From the IMG/VR virus record IMGVR_UViG_2563366977_000001, positions 15,651 to 79,650 of that record: a DNA stretch of 64,000 bases; one strand, 5' to 3'. The notes beneath the pieces are model-generated. The model ran no database searches, was not told where the DNA came from, and saw only the letters and a list, made by a program, of their open reading frames with translations. Position numbers and translations under genes: made by a program. Shown one piece after another: positions 1 through 9,727 of the stretch (the stretch's first letter is position 1; every line of letters begins with the position of its first letter). This DNA comes from a virus (Duplodnaviria > Heunggongvirae > Uroviricota > Caudoviricetes).

Positions 1-799
1 CGCCATCTGTACCGCCTTCAAACGCTACATCTTCGAAAGTCAGCAAGTGAGCGGAGTCTTCGGCACCATCAGCCAGTACAGCTCCAAGCCTGGTGGACTG
101 ACTTTCTAACAACGCAGGAATCCATGCTGGCTGGCCCATATCGTTCGTTGCATCCGGATCGAAAGAAACCTGGTAGCTTTCCAAAGTTTCTACAGAACCA
201 TCGGTCTGTGTCTCTTTCAGTTCCAGAGTGAACAGGTCATTTTCTTCATCCTCACGGATCAGTGATAACGTGCGGTTGGTCGAAGCATCACCGTCCTTAA
301 TGTAAAAAATAGCCAGTTCATCCCCGGAAATTTCAGGTGTTTCGCTTGCAGCGAAAGTTACCGGAGAAGTGGCACCAGAAACGGCACGAACGGTCAGTGT
401 ATCGCCGATGTTTACCGTTGCTTCGGTCGGAGCAATTTGCAGAGTTTTTGCAGACTTAGTGCTTTTCGACCTGGCCTGAACAGAAACGGCAATGCCCGGT
501 ACTTTCATGTCTTTTGCGCATACGCGAACCACATAACCGGTGCCGCCTTTTACTGCGCGTTCAACGTGGCGATATGGTTCAAATGCGGCCCCAGTGCGCG
601 GGTGAAGAGGTGAACCTAACACGCTCTGATAGTTGGCTGCTGTAACCTGCAAAACCTTGCCTGGTGCCCCTCTGCGGGAAATAACCAACCCGGCAAAGAC
701 GGAAGCACCGCCAGATGTGTTGGACAGACTAGCATCGGCATTTACGTCCGCTACCGCAACGCCCGCCGCCTGACCAACAGAAAAACCAATTTTATTCAT
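1..799 (-). CDS. Phage structural protein, partial (runs off window start); Ig-like region
   Basis: Minus-strand ATG near 799 with AGGAAA RBS; open to position 1; translated by hand (MNKIGFSVGQAAG...); not in ORF track because incomplete. Confidence 0.4.
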   Translation of the reverse strand, partial: MNKIGFSVGQAAGVAVADVNADASLSNTSGGASVFAGLVISRRGAPGKVLQVTAANYQSVLGSPLHPRTGAAFEPYRHVERAVKGGTGYVVRVCAKDMKVPGIAVSVQARSKSTKSAKTLQIAPTEATVNIGDTLTVRAVSGATSPVTFAASETPEISGDELAIFYIKDGDASTNRTLSLIREDEENDLFTLELKETQTDGSVETLESYQVSFDPDATNDMGQPAWIPALLESQSTRLGAVLADGAEDSAHLLTFEDVAFEGGTDG

Positions 800-864
800 G
801 CTGCTCTTTTCCTCTTTATCGAGCGGATTAGAGAAGCCTCCCCATTTGCATGGGGAGACTTTTA

Positions 865-1155
865 TCAGGCTTCGCCGACCGTGAAGCTGTCACCTACCGT
901 CACTTCTTTGGTTGACGGTTCAACGCTGACGGCGCTTACGCTCTTTGGGGCTTCATTAACCGTTACGGTGCATGTTGCCGTTTTATTGCCATCGGTGGTC
1001 TTGATAGTGAGCACAGCCTGACCTGCTTTAAGTGCGGTACAGGTTTTGCCATCTACGCTCACAATTTCCGGATGATCTGACTCGATAGTGAAAGATTTAT
1101 CTGTCGCATCGGAAGGTGTAATAGTTACCTGAATATCAGCCATTTTTTCCTCCAT
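865..1155 (-). CDS. Small Ig-like (Big_2-type) protein next to capsid gene
   Basis: 96-aa ORF, Thr/Val-rich beta-strand pattern typical of bacterial Ig-like domains; directly downstream of capsid candidate. Confidence 0.4.
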   Translation of the reverse strand: MEEKMADIQVTITPSDATDKSFTIESDHPEIVSVDGKTCTALKAGQAVLTIKTTDGNKTATCTVTVNEAPKSVSAVSVEPSTKEVTVGDSFTVGEA

Positions 1156-1284
1156 ATAGCCCCCTATTCAGGGGCTGGTCTTACTTCTTTTTGGGTGTTT
1201 TTCGTGTCTTTGAAGTGCTCGCGGCGATAGTTTCACCTTCGTTTACTTCAATTGCCGTTGGTGAAACTGACACGTTCGCCACTG

Positions 1285-2982
1285 CTACTTTTTTTCGTTG
1301 ATTTGCCCGCTCAACATGTCAATCGCACCTTCTTTCGAACGTGTCAGGCGAAGGCGAGTGAAATAGTTCTCACCGTTGCGCGGATGCACATCGTTGATTG
1401 CTGTACCCCAAAGAGTGGTGCGGTTTACCAGGGCTGGATTTGTTTCGTGGACATACGGAATAGCAGGCACAGCATCACCAGCGACCAGGCCAGCTTTACC
1501 AATGCCTTCGCCACGACCATAGAAGTAGATGTCGTCCAGGCCAAAGTCGTAGCCATGTTCCTGGAATTGTTTGCAGATAGGCTTCGGCACTTCGTAGATA
1601 CGAATGGAACCAAACAGGGTGCCGATGTATTGAATGTACGGCGACTGTACATAGCCCGGTGCCAACTGGAAGTGCTGCGGCGGTAAGGAACGCAGGAAGT
1701 TAGCAGCATCGCCACCAGCAAAGCCACCACGGATACCGGTGGTCAGGGTGCGGTCAGCCATATCCTGTGACAGCGCGTTCACAACATGGCGAATTAAACC
1801 AACCCACGACTCGTAGTTCTGCGCTTCTGGCAGTGCCACATCAAATTCACGACCGTAAACTGTGTGGAATACCAGAGTGCGTAGGCGCATCATATCGATT
1901 TCGTGGGAAATCCAGTTGCGCATTGCGGAAAATTGCAATGCTGCCAGTTCGAGTCCGTGTTCACGGCTCAGGTCAGATGCTGTCATAACCGTATGTTCGG
2001 ATGCGATCACGTACTGCGACGGGCGCAGGGCGTAATTGCGCATGGACTGGTTAATGACTGGTATCAGGTTCGGATTGCGTTCAATGTTGATTTCAACCTG
2101 AACAGCGATTTCTGTACCCTCTGCTGGTGCTGTACCAAATGTGATATCGATAACGCCGGTATCGTATTTAACTTTTGCTGTAACAGAGAAAGAGTTGCCG
2201 TTGACGTCTTTGTCGTTGAAATACAGGTTGCCGTCACCATCATCTACTTTGGACGGTTTGCGGTTAATCAGCAGTTTGTTGTAGCCCTGGCGTAGCGGGC
2301 AGGCCTGGCCTTCGAAGTTCTGGATATCAAACTGGAAGGTGGTTTTGCTGCCATCGCCTTTTTCGGTCAGGATGTACAGGCGTTTCATCTGCGAATACAC
2401 GCCAGCAGACTGCATGTTCAGTTCATCGCCCTGCTCGAATGTACCGAATTTTGTACCAGCAACGTTGGTCAGCTCGTAAATATTGGTTTCATCACGATCA
2501 CAAGGGATAAACGTACATGCGTCGCTGGTGGCTGCACCGAGAGAAGCAGGCAGGATCAGTGCGGCATATTGTGCAACCTTCATTACACCATCGGAGGTGC
2601 GCATGTCCTTGGCTACTGATTCAAACATGGCTTTGCCAGCGCCTTCATGCGTCTCTTTAGCGGACTCCATCATCAGGCGCTCAAGTGCTACATGGGCGTT
2701 GGCTAATACATCGCTTGCCGGATAATGCCCATGCTGGCGTTTGTATTCATGAATAGACATGGCCCAGCTACCAATGATCTGGCGAGCTGCTTCTGGTCCA
2801 ACGCCTTCAAACATTGGCTCTTTCTGGATAGCTTTTTCCAGGTTAGCCATCATCACTTCGTTGTCGGTAATCATGTTACCGGCAGCATCAGTGGTTGGAT
2901 CGACGGTCATAGCCATGACGCTTGCCGCCCGATTCATAATCTCGCGCTCGCGCTTACGAGCTGGCTCAATGTTCTTGTTCAC
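1285..2982 (-). CDS. Major capsid protein candidate (P1 gp23-like)
   Basis: 565-aa ORF; size matches unprocessed P1 major head protein; lies beside the partition region as in P1; no motif proof. Confidence 0.5.
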   Translation of the reverse strand: MNKNIEPARKREREIMNRAASVMAMTVDPTTDAAGNMITDNEVMMANLEKAIQKEPMFEGVGPEAARQIIGSWAMSIHEYKRQHGHYPASDVLANAHVALERLMMESAKETHEGAGKAMFESVAKDMRTSDGVMKVAQYAALILPASLGAATSDACTFIPCDRDETNIYELTNVAGTKFGTFEQGDELNMQSAGVYSQMKRLYILTEKGDGSKTTFQFDIQNFEGQACPLRQGYNKLLINRKPSKVDDGDGNLYFNDKDVNGNSFSVTAKVKYDTGVIDITFGTAPAEGTEIAVQVEINIERNPNLIPVINQSMRNYALRPSQYVIASEHTVMTASDLSREHGLELAALQFSAMRNWISHEIDMMRLRTLVFHTVYGREFDVALPEAQNYESWVGLIRHVVNALSQDMADRTLTTGIRGGFAGGDAANFLRSLPPQHFQLAPGYVQSPYIQYIGTLFGSIRIYEVPKPICKQFQEHGYDFGLDDIYFYGRGEGIGKAGLVAGDAVPAIPYVHETNPALVNRTTLWGTAINDVHPRNGENYFTRLRLTRSKEGAIDMLSGQINEKK

Positions 2983-3113
2983 GGTTAAACCCTAAATTCG
3001 GGCGCGGCGTGAAGATTCTTTTGACGAGGTGACAATACTCACTTTGTTATTTAGTCAATAGCATTAGAAAAATAATTTTCGTTAACAATCTTGTGTTAGT
3101 ATGGTTTAATCTT

Positions 3114-3126
3114 AATTTTCTAACAT
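3114..3126 (+). promoter_or_regulatory. Recurrent operator-like motif AATTTTCTAACAT, 16 bp upstream of ORF 3142
   Basis: One instance of a motif found at 12 or more promoter-proximal sites in the window; variant copy in opposite orientation at about 3062-3074. Confidence 0.45.
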
Positions 3127-3141
3127 AAAGCATTAGAACAA

Positions 3142-3534
3142 ATGGCGTACAAGATCTTCGTTTCATACAAAAATGGTGCTAAAAGCCATTCTCTGAATAC
3201 AAGCAGCAGATGCCTTGTAGAAGCTCAACTGTCATCAATCCTTACTGAAAGAGACATTCTTTCCCTGGCTGAACGGATCGTGATTCTCCATTCAGGAAAG
3301 GCTATTCTTAATGTTCCCGCGCTTACCCCGCCTTCTGACGTTTTGGCATCTGTTAAGTGGCCTCAAATTGGCACGCCTGTAAGAGTGGAAGATCCTGTAA
3401 CGACCACTCTTTATATGCCGAAGTCAGTAAGGGATTGGCTTGCTGCGGTTGGTAATGGGAAGGTCAGCGCGGGGCTTAGGAAGCTGGTTGAAATGGCTGA
3501 TATTCCGGAGCTGAAAAATGCATGGAGACAGTGA
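3142..3534 (+). CDS. Hypothetical protein
   Basis: 130-aa ORF preceded by operator-like motif; no recognisable domain. Confidence 0.35.
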   Translation: MAYKIFVSYKNGAKSHSLNTSSRCLVEAQLSSILTERDILSLAERIVILHSGKAILNVPALTPPSDVLASVKWPQIGTPVRVEDPVTTTLYMPKSVRDWLAAVGNGKVSAGLRKLVEMADIPELKNAWRQ

Positions 3535-4004
3535 GTAGAGGAAACATGAGTCACGCGAACCCATCGAAAACACAATATCGTTTAATGCTGGCTATCGCGT
3601 CAGCTATACCAACCAGCCTGAATCCACCCGCTGGCTATCCCGCTATTGTTGATGATTGTTTTCAGTATTACGGTGAAGACATCCTGAGTCAGTCTAAGGC
3701 ACTCAAACAGTTATGCAAGGCAGGCATTCTTCACTGCATAGGCGATCCAGATGATTTTGTAGTCATGCTGGCAGATCGTGACTCTTTTCTGCTGTCCTGG
3801 AAAGCCGGGGCGCGCGAAGCGCGTTTGGGTAATGGTATTGGCTACATCGACTATAGCGATTGTCCGCTGGCATTTGCTGGTGGATATATGCATTGGCATG
3901 AGCGAAATAGAGGCCGTCAGCGCCAGTATCGCTTGAGTGACTTTAACGTCTGTCACGGTTTCGAAGAAGCTGACAGCCAGGACATCTGGCTTCAGGAGCC
4001 TTAA
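3522..4004 (+). CDS. Hypothetical protein
   Basis: 160-aa ORF overlapping the previous ORF by 13 nt. Confidence 0.35.
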   Translation: METVSRGNMSHANPSKTQYRLMLAIASAIPTSLNPPAGYPAIVDDCFQYYGEDILSQSKALKQLCKAGILHCIGDPDDFVVMLADRDSFLLSWKAGAREARLGNGIGYIDYSDCPLAFAGGYMHWHERNRGRQRQYRLSDFNVCHGFEEADSQDIWLQEP

Positions 4005-4324
4005 CCCCCCTTCCCTTCCCAAATCTCCCTATTCCTTTGGTTATTCAGTGCGTTTCGTTGGTTGCATTCATCGATAGTGCTGAATAACTGTTCAGCGTAT
4101 GCCGGATACTTGTTTAACAGCACAGGCGTGTCCTCTGGCACTATGCAAGGGGTATAATCAATCAGATTTCCCTGCGGTTTGCTGGTGGCTTCTACGGTAA
4201 TTTGCATTGGCACGCTGATTGATTTCTTTTGCCCGTTCCCGCTGCATCCTGATAACGTCATCAGGCACACGCACATCATTAACCCCGGCATTGCGTAACG
4301 CAGTTTCAAGACGATTGATTTCAT
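4001..4324 (-). CDS. Rz1-like outer-membrane lipoprotein spanin, overlapping Rz in another frame
   Basis: Lipobox LSGC after a hydrophobic signal, Pro-rich mature part; embedded in and extending past the Rz 3' end. Confidence 0.55.
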   Translation of the reverse strand: MKSIVLKLRYAMPGLMMCVCLMTLSGCSGNGQKKSISVPMQITVEATSKPQGNLIDYTPCIVPEDTPVLLNKYPAYAEQLFSTIDECNQRNALNNQRNREIWEGKGG

Positions 4325-4616
4325 TCTGGCTTTCCTCCCGTTGTTTGATCAGGCTGGTATTCAGTTCTGCTGTTTTGCGCTGGTACTCCTTCTCCAGTGT
4401 TTTAATTCTTTCGTTTTCAGCCATCATGGCAGATCGCGATTTTTCACTTAACTGCAATGCGGTAGAAAGCGTGTTGTTCTCGCTTTCAAGTTGTGATTTT
4501 GAGTCTTCCAGGGAACGGATATACCTGATGTGATCGATAACTGCCGCCGTAGTACGGTAAATTCCATAAATGGCTAAAAGCGCAACTACTATCAAAATTA
4601 TCTTTTTCAAAACCAT
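4158..4616 (-). CDS. Rz-like inner-membrane spanin
   Basis: 152 aa; N-terminal TM helix (IILIVVALLAIYGIY) followed by long coiled coil. Confidence 0.6.
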   Translation of the reverse strand: MVLKKIILIVVALLAIYGIYRTTAAVIDHIRYIRSLEDSKSQLESENNTLSTALQLSEKSRSAMMAENERIKTLEKEYQRKTAELNTSLIKQREESQNEINRLETALRNAGVNDVRVPDDVIRMQRERAKEINQRANANYRRSHQQTAGKSD

Positions 4617-4686
4617 CCTCTTCAGATTTTTTGTTGGTGTGATATGTGTACCAATTTGTAACCATTTATGGGCTTAAATGGTGTGT

Positions 4687-5481
4687 TTATGGTTCCTTTT
4701 TAGTGTTGCTTTGGAGCGCATCGATCACACCTTGTGGCATGATCAAACTGATTGCCGGACTCATTACTTCATCGCCCAGTAGAGAACCGGTTAACGTAAT
4801 AGCTACAGCATTCTCCAGTCCCTGTTTGGCTTTTCCGGTAGAGTCCTTAACTTGCTGTACAAGTGTTGAGAGACTACTGCTCGTGTTGTTTATTGCATTT
4901 ATTTGTTCTGTTGCTGCTTCCACAGCGTCTTTTAGTGCTTTGATCTCTTCTTCTGTTAGTGCTGGTTGCTGTGTTGTTCCGGTGGAACTTCCGTTGCCTG
5001 AAGCCTCCCCGCTTGACGCCTGAACTTTTGCATTTATAGCGGTCATGGCTGAAGTGATTGGCACCAGTTCAAATGCTGCCAACGCGTCAATAAGCGATTG
5101 CGGATGCAGGGTATCTCCCATAACTGTTACGAGAGCAAATTCTGGCGCAGGAGATAACTCATTACCTTTGACGTAACATTCCCAGCCAATTTTCATCTGA
5201 AGTAATTCAGTTGGCGAAGTATACGGAGACAGCGAGTCGGCTAAATTGGTTGCTTCTGCACTGACAGTTTTCAGTTGTTCTGAAAAGACAGAAAGCTGAT
5301 TGACCCATGAAACCACCGACGCCGGGTATGCTTTATCCTTCAGGATAAGAGCCTGGATATTCTCTTCCAGAGAACTGGCATTGGATGACGCTGTTTTACT
5401 TAGCGTGATAGATGCAGGCGTAGTTGTGCCTGATGCATTTAGAATTTTGAATGCATTAACTTCAGCGATTGAATCAAGCAT
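4687..5481 (-). CDS. Hypothetical protein (possibly virion-associated)
   Basis: 264-aa ORF abutting PAAR-like gene stop; Ser/Thr/Ala-rich. Confidence 0.35.
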   Translation of the reverse strand: MLDSIAEVNAFKILNASGTTTPASITLSKTASSNASSLEENIQALILKDKAYPASVVSWVNQLSVFSEQLKTVSAEATNLADSLSPYTSPTELLQMKIGWECYVKGNELSPAPEFALVTVMGDTLHPQSLIDALAAFELVPITSAMTAINAKVQASSGEASGNGSSTGTTQQPALTEEEIKALKDAVEAATEQINAINNTSSSLSTLVQQVKDSTGKAKQGLENAVAITLTGSLLGDEVMSPAISLIMPQGVIDALQSNTKKEP

Positions 5482-5765
5482 TATGACACCTGAAAAATTG
5501 CCTCACCATTGGCGATGACTGAGCCACAAGAAAGGGGATCTCCCACACAAACAACTCCTTTCCCGCCTATTGCAAACCATGAGCGTGTCGATACGGCTGA
5601 TCCGGGGTGCGCGCTATTTCCGTCTGTATGGCTGGGGAACGCTCCCCCATCTACAACCACTGGCTTTCCATTTACGGTAAACCAGGAAACTGTTTCTGCT
5701 ACAGGTCGCGGAGGGAATCCTCCATGACCAGAACAAACTGTGTCACTGGTCGCTATTGCACTCAT
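5481..5765 (-). CDS. PAAR-like spike-tip protein
   Basis: 94 aa, Gly/Pro-rich with CSGHGG and repeated G-x-P / NGKPVV motifs resembling PAAR/DUF4150. Confidence 0.4.
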   Translation of the reverse strand: MSAIATSDTVCSGHGGFPPRPVAETVSWFTVNGKPVVVDGGAFPSHTDGNSAHPGSAVSTRSWFAIGGKGVVCVGDPLSCGSVIANGEAIFQVS

Positions 5766-5829
5766 CTAACACCTCCTTTTTCTTAAATCTTCTCCACTTT
5801 GTGATTTTCACTCTTCAGATTTCTTACTT

Positions 5830-6000
5830 CTCATATTTGTCTCTGATTTGTCTCAAACTGGTATCGTGGGCACATCATGTATCATCTAAGTCTCTTTTGT
5901 GTCTCTCTTGCGTCTCTAGTTTGATGCTTTTTACGCTATCTAACTTCTGGTCTTATTTTGTTTTCTCATATAAAATTCAATTCTTTCTCAAATGTGTCTC
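5830..6000. repeat. parC-like centromere: at least 6 GTCTC-containing iterons upstream of parM
   Basis: Repeated TTGTCTC / TGTGTCTC / GCGTCTC in AT-rich leader before ParM start. Confidence 0.45.
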
Positions 6001-6014
6001 AGAAGTGGAGCAAT

Positions 6015-6974
6015 ATGATGCGCATTTTTATCGACGATGGTTCTACCAATATCAAAATGCTGTGGGAACAAGACGGGGAAACTCGAACCCATATCTGTCC
6101 GAACAGTTTTAAACGTGGATGGTCCGCCACATTTGGCGCAGGAAAGCCGTTTAACTACATCATTGATGACGAAAAATATTCATATGACTTGATCTCGCCG
6201 GATGTGCTGCCGACGAATAACGTTGAATGGCAATACAGCCCGCTTAATGTGCTTGCTGTTCATCATGCCCTGCTTACAAGTGGCATTGAGCCTCAAGAAG
6301 TGGAAATAGTTGTCACGTTGCCACTGGCAGAGTTTTATGACGACGACGCACAATACAACATGAAAAATATTGAGCGGAAAAAGGCCAGCCTGATGCGACC
6401 AGTCACCCTTAACAAAGGTCAGGTTTTTACTATCAAAAAAGTGACTGTGCGCCCGGAGTCAATACCCGCAGGGATCGGTCTGTGCGACAGCCTTGTGCCA
6501 GCGCATTCTGTGCTTATTGTTGATCTTGGTGGGACTACTCTGGATGTGTCGATGGTCGCCGGGCAAATGACCGCCGTTTCTCGCGTATTTGGCGATTCTA
6601 ATCTCGGCGTTTCGCTGGTAACTAAAGAGGTCAGACAGGCACTTGCAAAAGCGAATACCGAAACCTCTAATTATAATGTCGATCAATTAATCATTAATCG
6701 TGATGATGAGGATTATTTGACCGACAATATTAACGATCCGTCTGCTATTGATGATGTTAAGAAAGCCATTTCGTCAAGCATAGAACGACTCCGTACACGC
6801 GTACTGGATGTGATCAGTGATTTCAAAGGATACACGCATGTTATGGTCATTGGTGGCGGCGCGCCGCTTGTTGCTGATGCTATCCGTGAGCAGGTAAACA
6901 TTCGTGACGATAGGTTTTTCGTTGCTGATGATCCACAACTTGCTCTTGTCTATGGTCTAAAATCTATCGGTTGA
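6015..6974 (+). CDS. parM: ParM/StbA actin-like plasmid segregation ATPase
   Basis: ORF trimmed to ATG 6015 with GTGGAG RBS; N-terminal IDDGSTNIK motif and DLGGTTLD phosphate-2 motif. Confidence 0.8.
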   Translation: MMRIFIDDGSTNIKMLWEQDGETRTHICPNSFKRGWSATFGAGKPFNYIIDDEKYSYDLISPDVLPTNNVEWQYSPLNVLAVHHALLTSGIEPQEVEIVVTLPLAEFYDDDAQYNMKNIERKKASLMRPVTLNKGQVFTIKKVTVRPESIPAGIGLCDSLVPAHSVLIVDLGGTTLDVSMVAGQMTAVSRVFGDSNLGVSLVTKEVRQALAKANTETSNYNVDQLIINRDDEDYLTDNINDPSAIDDVKKAISSSIERLRTRVLDVISDFKGYTHVMVIGGGAPLVADAIREQVNIRDDRFFVADDPQLALVYGLKSIG

Positions 6975-6984
6975 TGAGGTTGCC

Positions 6985-7350
6985 ATGTCTCAGGAACGTC
7001 GAAAAGTATTGTTTTATCTTCGTCCTGGTCTTAACGCCAGTGAGCAATATGCTGATGCAAAACTTGAGGGCCATCCATTAAGAGATCGCAATGATATGGC
7101 GCGCACAGCGATGCTTGCAGGTATCGCTCTTGGCGAGGTTGATAGCAGATTACCTCCCATGTTGGCATCGCTTTTATCCGGTGATAATAGCCCTGAAGTG
7201 ATCAGAAAAATGCTGGTTTCATTTCTTGAAATTTCGCCTGAAGTTCGGGAAAACCCTGAAGGAAACCCCTCTGCCTCAGCGGATGTTAAAAAACCTGGCG
7301 TTTCGAAAAGCCGCTCTGCACAGAATTTGGCAAACTCACTCCCTGATTAA
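6985..7350 (+). CDS. parR: ParR/StbB-like centromere-binding adaptor
   Basis: 121-aa ORF 10 nt after parM; size and position fit type II partition operon. Confidence 0.5.
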   Translation: MSQERRKVLFYLRPGLNASEQYADAKLEGHPLRDRNDMARTAMLAGIALGEVDSRLPPMLASLLSGDNSPEVIRKMLVSFLEISPEVRENPEGNPSASADVKKPGVSKSRSAQNLANSLPD

Positions 7351-7365
7351 CAAATCTACATCTTC

Positions 7366-7391
7366 AAAGGCTGCAATTTGCAGCCTTTTTT
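7366..7391 (+). terminator. Rho-independent terminator after parR
   Basis: AAAGGCTGCAAATTTGCAGCCTTTTTT-type hairpin followed by T-run. Confidence 0.6.
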
Positions 7392-7404
7392 ATACTGTTA
7401 TGGT

Positions 7405-7475
7405 TCTAATTTGGTGCTGTTTTAGTACCAAAACGGTGTTGTTGTGGTGCTGTTTTGTGTCTGGTTCCACTTTGA
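7405..7475. repeat. Centromere-like repeats upstream of parA (GGTGCTGTTTT x2, TAGTACCAAAACGGTGTTGTTG)
   Basis: Direct repeats; related copy TAGTACCAGAATGGTGTTGTTAG downstream of the operon at about 8618-8640. Confidence 0.4.
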
Positions 7476-7635
7476 GGCTGATTTCGTGTTAAACAGGATG
7501 CAACAGAGGGCAAATTTCGAGTGTTTAGTGTTATACTTTTGCAAAGCATAGTGACTCCACTATAGAGCCAAAACCGCATCAATAAGGCTTCTGTTTGGAG
7601 CCATTTTGATACCAAAATAACACCGAGGGACGGAT

Positions 7636-8277
7636 ATGATTATATTGGTAGCCAGCCAAAAAGGTGGCTGTGGCAAATCAACCACCAGCGTAAACATTTG
7701 TGCGGAGCTTGCCCGCGCAAATAAGGACGTAGTTCTACTTGATGCAGATAAGCAAGGAACATCTGCCCGTTGGGCATCGGACCGTAATGCGGCAGAGGTT
7801 TCTCCAGTAATTCATTGCGTCCAGAAGTTTGGGAATATTCGTGAAACACTTCTTGATCTGGACAAGCGTTATGAATTTGTGGTTGTTGATACCGCTGGTC
7901 GTGATAGCAAAGAGATGCGCACCGGTATTACTGCGGCGGATGTTTTGCTTGTTCCATTCAGGCCATCTCAGCCAGATTTAGACACGCTGGCGCATTTTGT
8001 TGAAGTCTTTGAAGAGGCTTTGGATCTGATGCCTAATCCTAGCATTAAGGCGTGCGCAGTTTTAACAATGGCCCCATCCAATCCGGTTGTGAATGAAGCC
8101 AATGAGGCCAAAGAGTACCTGGCTGAATATCCGCAACTGAAGTTGCTGAAAACCATCATTCGCGATCGCAAGGTTTACCGCGATTGTATGGCTGAAGGGA
8201 AGGGCGTTGTTGAGATGGACAACGGGAAAGCTAAAGGTGAAATCCAGATGTTGGTTAAGGAGTTATTAAGTGATTAA
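7636..8277 (+). CDS. parA: ParA/ParF-type small partition ATPase
   Basis: 213 aa; deviant Walker A KGGCGKST at N-terminus; DTAG motif. Confidence 0.8.
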   Translation: MIILVASQKGGCGKSTTSVNICAELARANKDVVLLDADKQGTSARWASDRNAAEVSPVIHCVQKFGNIRETLLDLDKRYEFVVVDTAGRDSKEMRTGITAADVLLVPFRPSQPDLDTLAHFVEVFEEALDLMPNPSIKACAVLTMAPSNPVVNEANEAKEYLAEYPQLKLLKTIIRDRKVYRDCMAEGKGVVEMDNGKAKGEIQMLVKELLSD

Positions 8278-8557
8278 GCCTCGTAAATCGGTAAAAGCCC
8301 CCGAAGTAAAAGACCTCGATCTTGAACGCCGAATTGAGGCTTTTGCCAGCAAAGCTGATTTGGTGCCGGGTGAGCAACCAGAAGACAACAAAGTGCTCGA
8401 TAAGGACGCCCCACGTGATTTTAAATCCATTCGTGTTGGCTTCAATGAATACGAGTACCAGGTACTTGATGCGTTAAGCAAAAAGCATAATCGCAGCAAA
8501 TTGAATATGATCCGCCATGCTATCCTCATGCTTGCAGAGTCTGAGGATACAAAATGA
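8270..8557 (+). CDS. ParG/ParB-like small partition DNA-binding protein
   Basis: 95-aa ORF overlapping parA stop by 8 nt; C-terminal ribbon-helix-helix-like segment. Confidence 0.45.
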   Translation: MIKPRKSVKAPEVKDLDLERRIEAFASKADLVPGEQPEDNKVLDKDAPRDFKSIRVGFNEYEYQVLDALSKKHNRSKLNMIRHAILMLAESEDTK

Positions 8558-8670
8558 CGCCGGAATGACACCGTTTTGGTTCCATGTGTTATTTTGAGGC
8601 TACTTTGATTCCTTTTTAGTACCAGAATGGTGTTGTTAGTGTACCGTAACGGTGCTTGTTTGATGTTATA

Positions 8671-8691
8671 AAAGCCCCATATGGGGCTTTT
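8671..8691. terminator. Bidirectional hairpin terminator (AAAGCCCCATATGGGGCTTTT)
   Basis: Perfect stem with flanking A/T runs between ParG-like gene and Dam gene end. Confidence 0.6.
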
Positions 8692-8692
8692 C

Positions 8693-9727
8693 TTAATTAA
8701 GTGTGGCTATAATGTCGTTAGCTATCATTCGCGTTGATGCTTTACAGGATACAGAGCGACGGGATGGCATAGGATACACCTTGAAGCCATTGCCAACGTA
8801 AAGTTCGCGAATGTTAGGCGCACCACTGTTTGTTATCACAATTTTCGCTCCGCGTCTGTGGGCATCCACCAGCAGTGACACCAGCCGTTGTTGATCTTCA
8901 AACCTAAAGCTATGCCCTGAGTAATTTGTAAATCCGGTAGTGTCGGGCAATGGTTCATAGGGGGGATCGCAGAAAATCACATCATCATTCCCGGCAGCCT
9001 CAATTACACCAGCAAAATCGCCGGACACAAATTCCGAATACTTTGAAATATCGTCAGCCAGGAACGCCTCCATTTCCGCGAGAGGGAAGTGGGGTGATTT
9101 CTGCTTTCCATATCCGACGTTGAACTCTCCTTTACGGTTATAGCGAGTGACGCCATTAAAACAATGACGATTGAGATACAGGAACGCCGCTGCATGGTGA
9201 AGGGAATCATAAGCACCATTGTTGAATGCATTGCGAACATTCAAAAATGCATCAGCAGAGTTGTAATCCTGAAAAAAACGATATGCCAGTGTGATAAGAG
9301 AATGCCCTTCACGCTGCAATGTCTGATAGAAGTTAATCAGGTCATTATTGATATCGTTCAGCAGGTTGCTTTTAAATCCGGCATTAGTGAAAACAGCGCC
9401 ACCTCCAACGAAAGGTTCTATCAACCGTTTTCCGTGGGGCAGGTGTTCGAAGATAATGGGCAGTGCAGAAAATTTGCCGCCGACCCACTTAAAGACTGGG
9501 CGATCAAATTCGTCCTCCGAGCGAATACGTCGCATATGGCTGATAGTGGCTTCCGCCGCAGGACGATGATTGTCGCTATAAGAAATAAATTTAGCACCAA
9601 TATCAGCCACGGATTCCCTCCTTATTTGCTTCAAATACAGCTCTTGCAAAACCGTAAGGTGTCGCGCTACGAAAATTCGCTCTTTCAGGCCCTGGCGGTG
9701 CCTTGTGTATTCGGTTATCTGGATCAC
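8693..9727 (-). CDS. dam: Dam-type N6-adenine DNA methyltransferase
   Basis: FKWVGGK N-terminal motif, FVGGGAV SAM-binding motif, DPPY catalytic motif; alternative ATG at about 9535 would remove overlap with upstream ORF. Confidence 0.8.
   Translation of the reverse strand: MIQITEYTRHRQGLKERIFVARHLTVLQELYLKQIRRESVADIGAKFISYSDNHRPAAEATISHMRRIRSEDEFDRPVFKWVGGKFSALPIIFEHLPHGKRLIEPFVGGGAVFTNAGFKSNLLNDINNDLINFYQTLQREGHSLITLAYRFFQDYNSADAFLNVRNAFNNGAYDSLHHAAAFLYLNRHCFNGVTRYNRKGEFNVGYGKQKSPHFPLAEMEAFLADDISKYSEFVSGDFAGVIEAAGNDDVIFCDPPYEPLPDTTGFTNYSGHSFRFEDQQRLVSLLVDAHRRGAKIVITNSGAPNIRELYVGNGFKVYPMPSRRSVSCKASTRMIANDIIATLN

Noticed and set aside
1252-2995. Plus-strand ORFs inside the capsid gene (1252..1686, 1903..2295, 2725..2988 and others)
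   Set aside because: Antisense shadow ORFs of a long, well-supported coding region.
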